Shown here in pieces: positions 27,814 through 35,602 of a DNA stretch of 64,000 nt. Where the stretch lies: assembly GCA_964474655.1 (NCBI GenBank), contig CAYYTU010000002.1:64095-128094 (forward strand), read 5' to 3'. The notes beneath the pieces were generated by a model, which did no database searches, had not been told where the DNA came from, and worked only from the letters and a program-made list of their open reading frames with translations. How positions within the stretch are numbered: the stretch's first letter is position 1; every line of letters starts with the position of its first letter. The DNA is from an uncultured Anaerolineales bacterium (lineage in GTDB: Bacteria > Chloroflexota > Anaerolineae > B4-G1). Position numbers and translations under genes: made by a program.

Positions 27814-28230
27814 CTAATCTAACGACCAGACAGATTCTCCTTGAAGAATGTCACGAACTTGATCGGGGAAACGATCGGGGTCGAGAGGTTTGCCGATGAA
27901 GCCGTCGAAGCCGGCCTCACGCGCACGCTCCATATTATCCATCGAAGCATCAGCCGTCACCGCGACGATAAGCGTATCCTCAAAGCGAGGATGGGAGCGT
28001 AATTCGCTCAATGCCTCGTAGCCATCCGCCTCCGGCAAGAAGATATCCATCAAGATCAAGTCAACTTTCGGAAGCGCGTCAGCAAACTCCAACACCTGCC
28101 ATCCGGAAGCTTTCCACTCACAATCCTTCACGCCCAAGTAGGCCAGCAGGCGCGTGATCAACACAAAATTCTGGAAGTTATCCTCGACGACGACAACCGT
28201 CGCATCCTCAGGTCGCACACTCATAATCAC
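27814..28230 (-). CDS. Single-domain response regulator (CheY-like receiver).
   Basis: Receiver motifs: VVVVEDN, LILMDIFLPEADG, and a conserved Lys in GFIGKP. The GTG start at 28230 overlaps the upstream regulator's stop. An alternative ATG is at 28224. Confidence 0.8.
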   Translation of the reverse strand: MIMSVRPEDATVVVVEDNFQNFVLITRLLAYLGVKDCEWKASGWQVLEFADALPKVDLILMDIFLPEADGYEALSELRSHPRFEDTLIVAVTADASMDNMERAREAGFDGFIGKPLDPDRFPDQVRDILQGESVWSLD

Positions 28231-28610
28231 CCACCGACCCGTTCCAGCGCCTCTTCAATCTGACGCGGAAGCCGATCGATGTCGATCGGCTTGGGGATGT
28301 AACCATCGCAACCGGCCTTTAACGTCTTCTCACGATCGCCTTTCATCACGTTGGCCGTAACGGCCAGGATGGGGACGCCCTCCAGCGCGGGCACCGCGCG
28401 AAAGCGCCCGGCCAGGTCATAACCGTCCACCTCCGGCAAGTTGATATCCAGCAGGATCAAATCGGGGTCCACCTGTGAAGCTTCCTCTAACCCAGAGCGC
28501 CCATCGACGGCCTCTAAGACAGTATATCCTTCCGCCTCCAACACCCGCCTCACTAACAACCGATTCTCCGGGTTGTCCTCCACATACAATATTCGAGCTT
28601 TATCGCTCAT
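28227..28610 (-). CDS. Single-domain response regulator (CheY-like receiver).
   Basis: Motifs are ILYVEDNPENR, LILLDINLPEVDG and GYIPKP. The preferred start MSDKARIL at 28610 has GGGAGAGG 6 nt upstream. The tool start at 28625 has no ribosome-binding site. Confidence 0.8.
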   Translation of the reverse strand: MSDKARILYVEDNPENRLLVRRVLEAEGYTVLEAVDGRSGLEEASQVDPDLILLDINLPEVDGYDLAGRFRAVPALEGVPILAVTANVMKGDREKTLKAGCDGYIPKPIDIDRLPRQIEEALERVGG

Positions 28611-28662
28611 CAACGCCTCTCCCATGCATCTGTTTCAGGCCGGCTTAAGGAATTCCAAAGCT

Positions 28663-28730
28663 TTAAGCGATTATATCAAATTAAGCAATCAGCGACAAGA
28701 GGTGGTTTGTTACAAATTAGTTACAATCAA
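28663..28730 (-). promoter_or_regulatory. Probable sigma-70-type promoter with an extended -10 (TTGTCG, 17-nt spacer, TGATATAAT) and upstream direct repeats TTGTAAC-N4-TTGTAAC. It drives the RR-RR-kinase-ParA-GAF operon.
   Basis: On the minus strand: -35 is the reverse complement of 28693..28698, extended -10 is the reverse complement of 28670..28678, and the repeats are at 28709..28726. This AT-rich island sits in a GC-rich context about 50 nt upstream of the regulator start. Confidence 0.55.
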
Positions 28731-28737
28731 GCCTCGC

Positions 28738-28959
28738 TCACGGGCCGCCTCGACCATCGTTCTGGTGTTTCTGCGCGTCGAGCCATTGCTCAAAATCGAC
28801 TTTTTCGACCCGCCACAGGCGTCCCACTTTGTAAGCAGGCAAAGTGCCCTCTTTGATCCAGCGACGCACCGTGTAGACCGAGACTTGTAACACATCGGAA
28901 ATATCTTGCGGGGTCATAAAAGGACGCTGTCCCGTATCTTCCAAGGTCGTGGTAGACAT
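28738..28959 (-). CDS. Small helix-turn-helix DNA-binding protein (excisionase/MerR-like HTH_17 type). Candidate regulator of the downstream signalling operon.
   Basis: Contains TPQDISDVLQVSVYTVRRWIKEGTLPAYKVGRLWRVEKVDFEQWL. The ATG (MSTTTLED) at 28959 has GGAGG 8 nt upstream. A plausible promoter TTGGAA-18-TATATT lies upstream. Confidence 0.65.
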   Translation of the reverse strand: MSTTTLEDTGQRPFMTPQDISDVLQVSVYTVRRWIKEGTLPAYKVGRLWRVEKVDFEQWLDAQKHQNDGRGGP

Positions 28960-29070
28960 CGAACGCCTCCTGAATGCAGTTACTGATGAACCTAGCAACA
29001 GTTAGTATAATATAGCATAAGACAACCTTACTTTCCAATAGGAGATTAGTACTATACCACCGCTGGGTTC

Positions 29071-29225
29071 TCGAAACGAATCGTCTGCGAAGGCACCTTC
29101 AACGCCACAGAGTGTGCTCAGATGCGAACAAGACAAACGAATCTGGGGGTGATGCGCTCGGTAAACGCGCCTCTCGGCAAGCTAATGCGTCCAGGGTGCT
29201 TTGGAACTGTTTCGTCTGTCCCCGC
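29071..29225 (+). repeat. Copy A of the dispersed leader repeat (part 1 at 29071..29172, part 2 at 29181..29225), in the 5' leader of the lipoprotein gene.
   Basis: Aligns with the reverse complement of 20105..20285 and with split copy C (33548..33575 and 33926..33990). It is in the same orientation relative to the downstream gene in all three cases. Confidence 0.7.
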
Positions 29226-29324
29226 TACGGCTGGTTTGCCGCCAAGAAAAATATGGTACAATAGCCAGCGTGTGAGACACCAACCGCATTCGCCACGGCG
29301 AACGATAGATACCAGGAGGTTCCT

Positions 29325-30035
29325 GTGCAAAAGAGACGTTTGCTCTTAGCTGCTGCCGCGCTCATCATCGTGACGTTGGCCTGTGGATTACCTGCCGCGC
29401 CAACAGTCACCCCTGAGGAAAGAGCCGGGACGGGAGAACCGACGCCCACGTCGCAGGCGACACCAGACCAACCTACGCCCAGCGACACCCCCGCTCCCAC
29501 CGAGACGGCCACGCCCACCGAACCGGCGACCGAAGCGCCTACCCCAACGCCTGAGCCCACGTCGGTGCTTTCCTGTACTATCGACATTGCCCCCGAGCTT
29601 GCGCCGCGGCTCAACGCTCACCCCGCCAAACTGCGGGCGCTGGGTTGCCCCATCGACCCCGCCCAACAGACCTGGGCCGCCGAGCAGCGCTTCCAGCTCG
29701 GGCGTATGTTCTGGCAAGAAGATACGGGAGAGATCCATCTGGTCTACGACGACGAAACGTACCAGATAGAGCCAAACCAGTACCAGGAATCTTCCGCCCA
29801 ATACCCGTGCCCGGAGGAAGGTCCACCGCCGCCCAGCCTGGAGATGCCCAAACGCGGCTTCGGCTGGCACTGGTGTAACACACCCAACGTCCAGGAGAAG
29901 ATTGGCTGGGCGCTGGAAGAGGAGATCGGCTACGAAGCCGCCTGGCAAACGTTCGAGAACGGCCACGCGCTATCCAGCCACCTCAACCACGTCTTCATCT
30001 TCTACAACGACGGCACCTGGGATTACATTGAGTAA
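29325..30035 (+). CDS. Secreted lipoprotein with a Pro/Thr-rich linker and a C-terminal Cys-containing domain of unknown function.
   Basis: GTG start with GGAGG 6 nt upstream. Signal peptide and lipobox LLAAAALIIVTLAC. TPEPT-type low-complexity linker. Probable extended -10 TGGTACAAT at about 29252..29260. Confidence 0.65.
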   Translation: MQKRRLLLAAAALIIVTLACGLPAAPTVTPEERAGTGEPTPTSQATPDQPTPSDTPAPTETATPTEPATEAPTPTPEPTSVLSCTIDIAPELAPRLNAHPAKLRALGCPIDPAQQTWAAEQRFQLGRMFWQEDTGEIHLVYDDETYQIEPNQYQESSAQYPCPEEGPPPPSLEMPKRGFGWHWCNTPNVQEKIGWALEEEIGYEAAWQTFENGHALSSHLNHVFIFYNDGTWDYIE

Positions 30036-30087
30036 CGACGGTGAAGCCCAGGTCCCGACGGACAAGCCAGTGGGACATGCCGACCCT

Positions 30088-30936
30088 ATGACCTCACAAG
30101 AATGGTTCCTGTATACGCTACGCTGCGCTGATGATACCTTCTATACCGGTATCACCACCGACCTCGCGCGTCGCGTGGCGGAGCACAACGCCGGACGAGG
30201 CGCCCGCTACACCACCGGTCGGCGCCCGGTCAAGCTGATCGGAGCCTGGCGCTTCCCCGACCGCAGCGCGGCCCAAAGCGCCGAGTTCGCTTTCAAGAAG
30301 CTCTCTCAAGCACGGAAGCTTTCAACGGTGGCCCGCGAACGTCCCTTCCGGAACGCCCCATTCCACCACGATAAGCAAGTACCCGAGGAGATGCGGGGCA
30401 CCATCCGCTTCTGCCCCCGCTGCGGGGGTCTGCTGCACGAGCGCAGAGAGCAGGCCCCTGCAAACGAGAGCCGAACCCGCCTCGTCTGCGCCGGCTGCGG
30501 GCGGATCCACTACCGCAACGCCAAGCCTTGCGCCGGCGCCCTGATCGTGCGCGACGGGAAAGTGTTGCTGATCAAACGCGCCATCCAGCCCTTTCGCGGT
30601 CACTGGGATATTCCCGGCGGCTTCCTGGAGGTAGACGAACATCCAGAGGACGGCGTCATCCGAGAAGTGGAGGAGGAAACCGGGCTGACCATCCGCCCAA
30701 CCGGGCTGTTTGGCTTCTATATGGACCGCTACGGCGAAGAGGGCGTCCATTGCCTCAACATTTACTTCACAGCTTGCGTCATCGGCGGTCAGGAGCACAC
30801 CAACGATGAAGTAACCGAGATAGCCTGGTTTGGCCCCGACGAATTGCCCGAGCGAATCGCCTTCAGCCATGCCCACGACGTCCTGAAAACCTGGGCCCAG
30901 TCGATGGAAGAGGCCTCATCAGCGAGCACGACGTGA
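30088..30936 (+). CDS. GIY-YIG nuclease-domain / C4 zinc-ribbon / NUDIX hydrolase fusion protein (NudC-like architecture).
   Basis: N-terminal block FLYTLRCADDTFYTGITTDLARRVAEHNAGRGARYT is a GIY-YIG motif. Zinc ribbon is CPRCGG...CAGCG. NUDIX box is GGFLEVDEHPEDGVIREVEEETGL. The ATG at 30088 is in-frame within tool ORF 29902..30936. Confidence 0.75.
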   Translation: MTSQEWFLYTLRCADDTFYTGITTDLARRVAEHNAGRGARYTTGRRPVKLIGAWRFPDRSAAQSAEFAFKKLSQARKLSTVARERPFRNAPFHHDKQVPEEMRGTIRFCPRCGGLLHERREQAPANESRTRLVCAGCGRIHYRNAKPCAGALIVRDGKVLLIKRAIQPFRGHWDIPGGFLEVDEHPEDGVIREVEEETGLTIRPTGLFGFYMDRYGEEGVHCLNIYFTACVIGGQEHTNDEVTEIAWFGPDELPERIAFSHAHDVLKTWAQSMEEASSASTT

Positions 30937-32600
30937 AACAAATCCCGCATCCCGCGCCCCAGGCCTTTCTGCAACGCACTCGTCACTTCCTGAGCGACCT
31001 ATACATCCACTTCTTGATCTCCGAGACGGTGGTGATGGTCACGCTGGCCCTCTTCGTGGGGCTGGGAGCAGGCTTCAGCGCCGTGGCCCTCCGCCGGCTG
31101 ATCGACCTCGCCCACCACTTCTTCTTCGGCACGCTGGGCCAATGGCTCAGCTTTATGGGCACTTACTACATCATCATCCTCCCCGCGCTGGGAGGCCTGC
31201 TGGTCGGCATATTGATCACCTTTTTGGCCCCAGAGGCCAGGGGCGCTGGTGTAGGCAACGTGATGGAAGCCATAGCCGGCTATGGGGGGCGAATTCGCCC
31301 CCTGGTGGCCGTCGTAAAGCCCGTCGCCACCGCACTCTGTCTCGGCAGCAGTGGATCGGCCGGCCGCGAAGGCCCCATCGTCCAGACCGGGGCTGCCATC
31401 GGCTCCAGCCTCGGGCAGGTGCTCCATCTATCCGACGAGCGAACCAAGAGACTGGCCGCCTATGGCGTGGCAGGCGGCATTGCTGCCACCTTCAACGCCC
31501 CGCTCACCGGCGCGATATTCGCGCTAGAGATCCTGCTGACCGAGTTCGGCTTGATGCAATTCAGCGGGGTAGTGGTCTCCTCCGTCACCGCCAGCGTGAT
31601 TGGACACGCTTATTTCGGGAACGTCCCGGCCTTTTCACTTCCCACCTCTTACTACAACCCCATTGCCGCCGGAGAGCTGCCGATCTACGGCCTGCTCGGC
31701 GTGATGGCCGCCTTCGTCGGCGTCGGTTTCACCCACACCTTCTACAAAATCGACCATCTCTTCCAATCCTGGTCCACCCCCTCATATCTCAAACCGATGA
31801 TCGGCGGGCTACTGGTTGGAGTGATCGGGTTCTGGTTCCCGCAACTCTTCGGCGTGGGGTACGAAACAATCGAGAACGTGCTTTCCGGCCGCTTCTCCCT
31901 CAACCTCATCGTCGTCCTGGGCACGCTCAAGATTTTGACCACAGGGCTCACCATCGGCTCCGGCAGCTCGGGTGGCGTCTTCGCCCCGCTGCTCTTCGTC
32001 GGCGCACTGCTCGGCGGCCTCTTCGAGCATATCGTGGCCCCGTGGCTCCCGACCAGCGCATCGACGTCGTCCCCCTACGTCCTCGTGGGTATGGCCGCCG
32101 TCTTCGGCGCCGCCAATCGCGCGCCCATCACGGCCATCCTGACGCTCTTCGAGATGTCACGCGGCTACCACGTGATCTTACCGCTTATGTTCTCCACCGT
32201 CATCAGTGCCACCATCGCCCACAACCTCTACGACCAGAGCATCTACACCGTCAACCTGGAGCATCACGAGATCGACATTCGACATCTGCGCGGGATGCTC
32301 CGCCGCGGCGACATCATCCAAGCCTACTCCCACACCCACCTGGACGAGCAAGCCCGGCTGGCCGCCCAGATCGTGGAGATCACCCTGCGAAACCATCACT
32401 ATGCAACCGGCAAGACGCTGAAGAAATTGAACTTGCCTTCGGACTGCCTCATCGCCTCGATCCGCCGGGGTAACCAGATACTCATCCCTCGCGGCGAGAC
32501 CCGCCTGGAAGCCGGCGACGTGATCGTTGCCCTGACCGCAGATGAGAACCAGACCGCACTGAGGACGCACCTGACCCATGGAGAAGAAAATGACTTCTGA
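30933..32600 (+). CDS. ClC-family chloride/proton channel with a C-terminal TrkA-C-like regulatory domain.
   Basis: ClC selectivity motifs GSAGREGP and GIFAP(L)LF, with about 10 TM helices. The GTG start overlaps the upstream stop (GTGA). The C-terminus GETRLEAGDVIVAL is TrkA-C-like. Confidence 0.8.
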   Translation: MKQIPHPAPQAFLQRTRHFLSDLYIHFLISETVVMVTLALFVGLGAGFSAVALRRLIDLAHHFFFGTLGQWLSFMGTYYIIILPALGGLLVGILITFLAPEARGAGVGNVMEAIAGYGGRIRPLVAVVKPVATALCLGSSGSAGREGPIVQTGAAIGSSLGQVLHLSDERTKRLAAYGVAGGIAATFNAPLTGAIFALEILLTEFGLMQFSGVVVSSVTASVIGHAYFGNVPAFSLPTSYYNPIAAGELPIYGLLGVMAAFVGVGFTHTFYKIDHLFQSWSTPSYLKPMIGGLLVGVIGFWFPQLFGVGYETIENVLSGRFSLNLIVVLGTLKILTTGLTIGSGSSGGVFAPLLFVGALLGGLFEHIVAPWLPTSASTSSPYVLVGMAAVFGAANRAPITAILTLFEMSRGYHVILPLMFSTVISATIAHNLYDQSIYTVNLEHHEIDIRHLRGMLRRGDIIQAYSHTHLDEQARLAAQIVEITLRNHHYATGKTLKKLNLPSDCLIASIRRGNQILIPRGETRLEAGDVIVALTADENQTALRTHLTHGEENDF

Positions 32601-33522
32601 GACCTCACCCCCTTCTCGGCCCATTCGCCTGATCGTTCACGGCGGCGCCTGGGACATTCCACCCGAGCTCCACCGACCACACGTCGAAGGCTGCACAGAG
32701 GCGGCAAGAGCAGCCCAGGAGGTGCTCGAGCGCGATGGAACCGCGCTGGAGGCCGTCGAGACCGCCGTGCGTCGGATGGAGGACGATCCCACCTTCGACG
32801 CCGGGCGTGGCTCCTTCCTCAACGCCGAGGGCGAGGCTGAGCTGGACGCTATTATTATGGACGGCCGCGATCTCAACCTGGGCGCGGTGGCGTCCGTGCG
32901 TCGCATCCGCCATCCGATCACCCTGGCGCGGCTGATTATGACCGAGTGTAAGCACGCGCTGCTCGTCAGCGAGGGCGCCGAGGCCTTCGCCCGTCAGCAC
33001 GGGCTGACGCTTTGCGCCAACCAGGATCTGATCACGACGCGCGAAAGGGAACGCTGGCGCGCCGAGCGCGACAGCGAGACCACACAGGACCTCTTCGGCG
33101 ACACCGTCGGGGCGGTGGCGCGGGACGCCTACGGGAACGTGGCGGTCGGCACCTCAACCGGCGGCACGTTCAAGAAACATCCGGGGCGCGTGGGCGATTC
33201 GCCCTTGATCGGCTGCGGGAGCTACGCCGACAACCGCATCGGCGCCGCCTCGGCCACCGGCGAAGGCGAGGCGCTAATGAAAGTGGTCATCAGCAAGACC
33301 GTGTGCGATCTGATGGCACAGGGACTGACGGCTCAGGAGGCCGCCGACGCTGCCATCCAGCTGCTGATCGAACGCACTGGCGGGCGTGGCGGCCTGATCG
33401 TGCTGGGCACACGCGGCGACATCGGCCTTGCGCACAACACGCCATACCTCGCTCACGCCCACGTCACCACCGACGGCGACATCGCAGCCGGCCTCATGTC
33501 CTCTCCGGAGGCCCAGCTGTGA
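32590..33522 (+). CDS. iaaA: Isoaspartyl peptidase / L-asparaginase (Ntn-hydrolase, plant-type asparaginase family).
   Basis: Contains HGGAW, the autoproteolysis site GTVGAVARD and GDSPLIGCG. The preferred start MTSET at 32590 has GGAGAAG upstream. The tool start is 32578. Confidence 0.8.
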   Translation: MTSETSPPSRPIRLIVHGGAWDIPPELHRPHVEGCTEAARAAQEVLERDGTALEAVETAVRRMEDDPTFDAGRGSFLNAEGEAELDAIIMDGRDLNLGAVASVRRIRHPITLARLIMTECKHALLVSEGAEAFARQHGLTLCANQDLITTRERERWRAERDSETTQDLFGDTVGAVARDAYGNVAVGTSTGGTFKKHPGRVGDSPLIGCGSYADNRIGAASATGEGEALMKVVISKTVCDLMAQGLTAQEAADAAIQLLIERTGGRGGLIVLGTRGDIGLAHNTPYLAHAHVTTDGDIAAGLMSSPEAQL

Positions 33523-33615
33523 GACCCAAGTGCTGCGCCCCCTTCGGCTGAAGTCTGATACGCTCGGTAAACGCGCCTGTAGAATTTTGATAGACGAAAT
33601 CGGTAACGAGGTTGA

Positions 33616-33824
33616 GGCACGGTCAGGAGACCGGCCCCAGCGGGTAAAAGTGCATTAGGGTAAAAGTCGCACCTAATCGCTCAAAGCCACCGTCTCGGGG
33701 GCGTCCGACACGATTTTTGTGCCCTAAACGCCCTCGGGGACGAGGGCTGTGAACAGTGGAAAAGTCGGTGTGTCACTTTTACCTCAATGCGTAAAAGTGC
33801 TCTGGCCGGTCTCCCGACCGTGCC
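33616..33824. ncRNA. Candidate structured non-coding RNA domain (about 210 nt) closed by a 21-bp long-range helix.
   Basis: GGCACGGTCAGGAGACCGGCC (33616..33636) is the reverse complement of GGCCGGTCTCCCGACCGTGCC (33804..33824) with one mismatch. Internal complementary pairs include GGTAAAAGTG / CACTTTTACC, CGGGGGCGT / ACGCCCTCG and GCCCTC / GAGGGC. It lies in a 1.1-kb ORF-poor lower-GC intergenic region. The strand is undetermined. Confidence 0.4.
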
Positions 33825-34620
33825 AGCGGTACTCTCGACAGAAATGAAACACAACCCAATCAATCTAATCTGACGAAAGAAATCACGTCTTTACCGAACT
33901 TGAACGTCAAAACTCATTAGGCAATCGATTGCGTCTAGGGTGCTTGGGAACTGCTTCGCTTGCCCATCCGACAGGCTTCGGCCTGAGCCCAGCCGAACGG
34001 CTCAGGATGACTATCGAGGGATCAACTTCGTTGAAATCCCGTTGTAGTGCTAAGGAACCTCGTAATAACCTCCCCCTTTTCAGATTGAGCCAAAATTACC
34101 CTCCGACGAGCTTCGGATGATTTTGGCGACCTCCGAGTGCAAAGCCACTCGAAATCGCCCTTCGACGCTCAGGGCAATTTCTCGCTAGACAGTGAGCAAG
34201 AAAGTCATCTGCTCGTCGTTCCTAAAGATGGTACCATAGTACCATCTTGACCCCGTAACTACGCCCCCTCTCTGTCCGTTAGTCAAAATGAATAGGTCGA
34301 CAATGGCAACATAACATTCCGGGTCTCCAGGATTTCGCTGGCCGGCAACTCGGGCTAGCTCAGAGGGGGTGTTCCACCCCCGTATCGGGTCCGAAATTGG
34401 GCCTGGCCCCCAGATATGGGACGCGGGTGACACACCCGCTGTGAGCACCCTTGAGCACCACGCAAAATCCCAAAGAGCCAACATTCCAAGCCACCAGCGA
34501 TCAAATACTGAGGAACGCGTCTCCCCCTATGGGACCCTATCACAAAACTTAAAACACGCGCCCAAGTAGATTTGGGTCGAAAAGACCCCGCACCAAGAAG
34601 TAAAAGATAAGGAGGATCAG

Positions 34621-35556
34621 ATGACAACGGTATTGATTGTACTGACAATCGCGTCCTTGGTCGGAGGAGGCCTGGTTCAAGTGGCCGACGAATCCGGCCC
34701 AGGCAGCCCGCTCTATGAGCTGAATCGAAGAATCGAGGCGGTCCAGATCGAGATGACGACCAATCCCACGGCCAGGACCGAGCTCCAGACGAATCTGGCC
34801 GAAGAGCGACTAGAAGAGGCCGAAGCATTAGCCCAAGCGGGTGAAATAGAAAACGCTCGCCAGGCCCTGCAGATCTATGATGAGCAGGTCTCTCACACCA
34901 CACAGACCGACGAAGTCGATGAAGCTGCGTTGCTTGGGTCCCTCGCCAACCACGAGGAACAGTTGGACCGAATATACAACGCCTTAGCAGATCGCGCCAG
35001 AGAGGACGATACCTCCGGACAGCCCGATAACGAACCCCCAAATCAGGAAGAAGAGGAAGGGGAAGGGGAAGAAGAAGAAGAGAACGAAAGTGAGCTCCCC
35101 ACCGATTCACCCTGGTGCACCGGTGAATGGGAACATCCCGTAGCCAGCCAGATGGCCTCCTACCACGACGTGAGCTACAACGAAGTCATCGGGTGGTTCT
35201 GCAACGAGGGCTACGGCCTCGGCGAAATCAAATTGGCGTTGCAAACGAGCCAACTGCTCGGATCCACAGACGTACTGACCGACACCAGCGCCGGTGCGCT
35301 TCTGACGATGAAGAGGGAGCTAGGTGGCTGGGGAGACGTATGGCAAGATTTCGATCTGATCGGTCAGCCCGATGAGGCTGCCCCCCCCGAAGAAGTCGGT
35401 CCACCCGAGGAAGTCGGGCCTCCAGATGAAGCTGGCCCACCTGACGACGCCGGCCCTCCCGACGAAGCCGGGCCCCCAGACGAAGCTGGCCCACCTGACG
35501 GCGCTGGCCCACCTGACGACGCCGGGCCCCCCGCTAAAGGCGGTCCCAATAACTGA
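34621..35556 (+). CDS. Membrane-anchored protein with a coiled coil, an acidic stretch, a Cys-containing domain and C-terminal GPPDEA hexapeptide tandem repeats.
   Basis: AAGGAGG lies 7 nt upstream of the ATG. N-terminal TM segment VLIVLTIASLVGGGLV. Eight 18-bp DNA tandem repeats at 35395..35545 encode (E/D)(E/A)(V/A)GPP-type repeats. Confidence 0.6.
   Translation: MTTVLIVLTIASLVGGGLVQVADESGPGSPLYELNRRIEAVQIEMTTNPTARTELQTNLAEERLEEAEALAQAGEIENARQALQIYDEQVSHTTQTDEVDEAALLGSLANHEEQLDRIYNALADRAREDDTSGQPDNEPPNQEEEEGEGEEEEENESELPTDSPWCTGEWEHPVASQMASYHDVSYNEVIGWFCNEGYGLGEIKLALQTSQLLGSTDVLTDTSAGALLTMKRELGGWGDVWQDFDLIGQPDEAAPPEEVGPPEEVGPPDEAGPPDDAGPPDEAGPPDEAGPPDGAGPPDDAGPPAKGGPNN
35395..35545 (+). 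repeat. About 8 tandem 18-bp repeats inside the coding sequence (GG(C/G)CC(A/C)CC(T/C)GA(C/G)GA(A/C)G(C/T)(C/T)).
   Basis: Direct read: ggtccacccgaggaagtc / gggcctccagatgaagct / ggcccacctgacgacgcc and so on. Confidence 0.8.
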
Positions 35557-35602
35557 GCGGGACGCCAGACCGGGACGCGAGGAGCCTATAACACGAGGAG
35601 GT

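Noticed and set aside
28738-28959. Integrated mobile element or prophage boundary, considered because of the excisionase-type HTH proteins and the vapBC module.
   Set aside because: No integrase, recombinase or transposase gene, no tRNA gene and no obvious att-like direct repeats flank these genes. The HTH proteins head operons and look like ordinary regulators.
33523-34620. tRNA, tmRNA or RNase P RNA in the long non-coding island.
   Set aside because: No cloverleaf with anticodon arm and T-loop GTTCRANYC could be built. No tmRNA tag-reading frame with an alanyl-tRNA-like end, and no RNase P conserved motifs (GGAAAGTCCGG, AGGGTGAAA) were found by eye. It is left as an unclassified RNA candidate.
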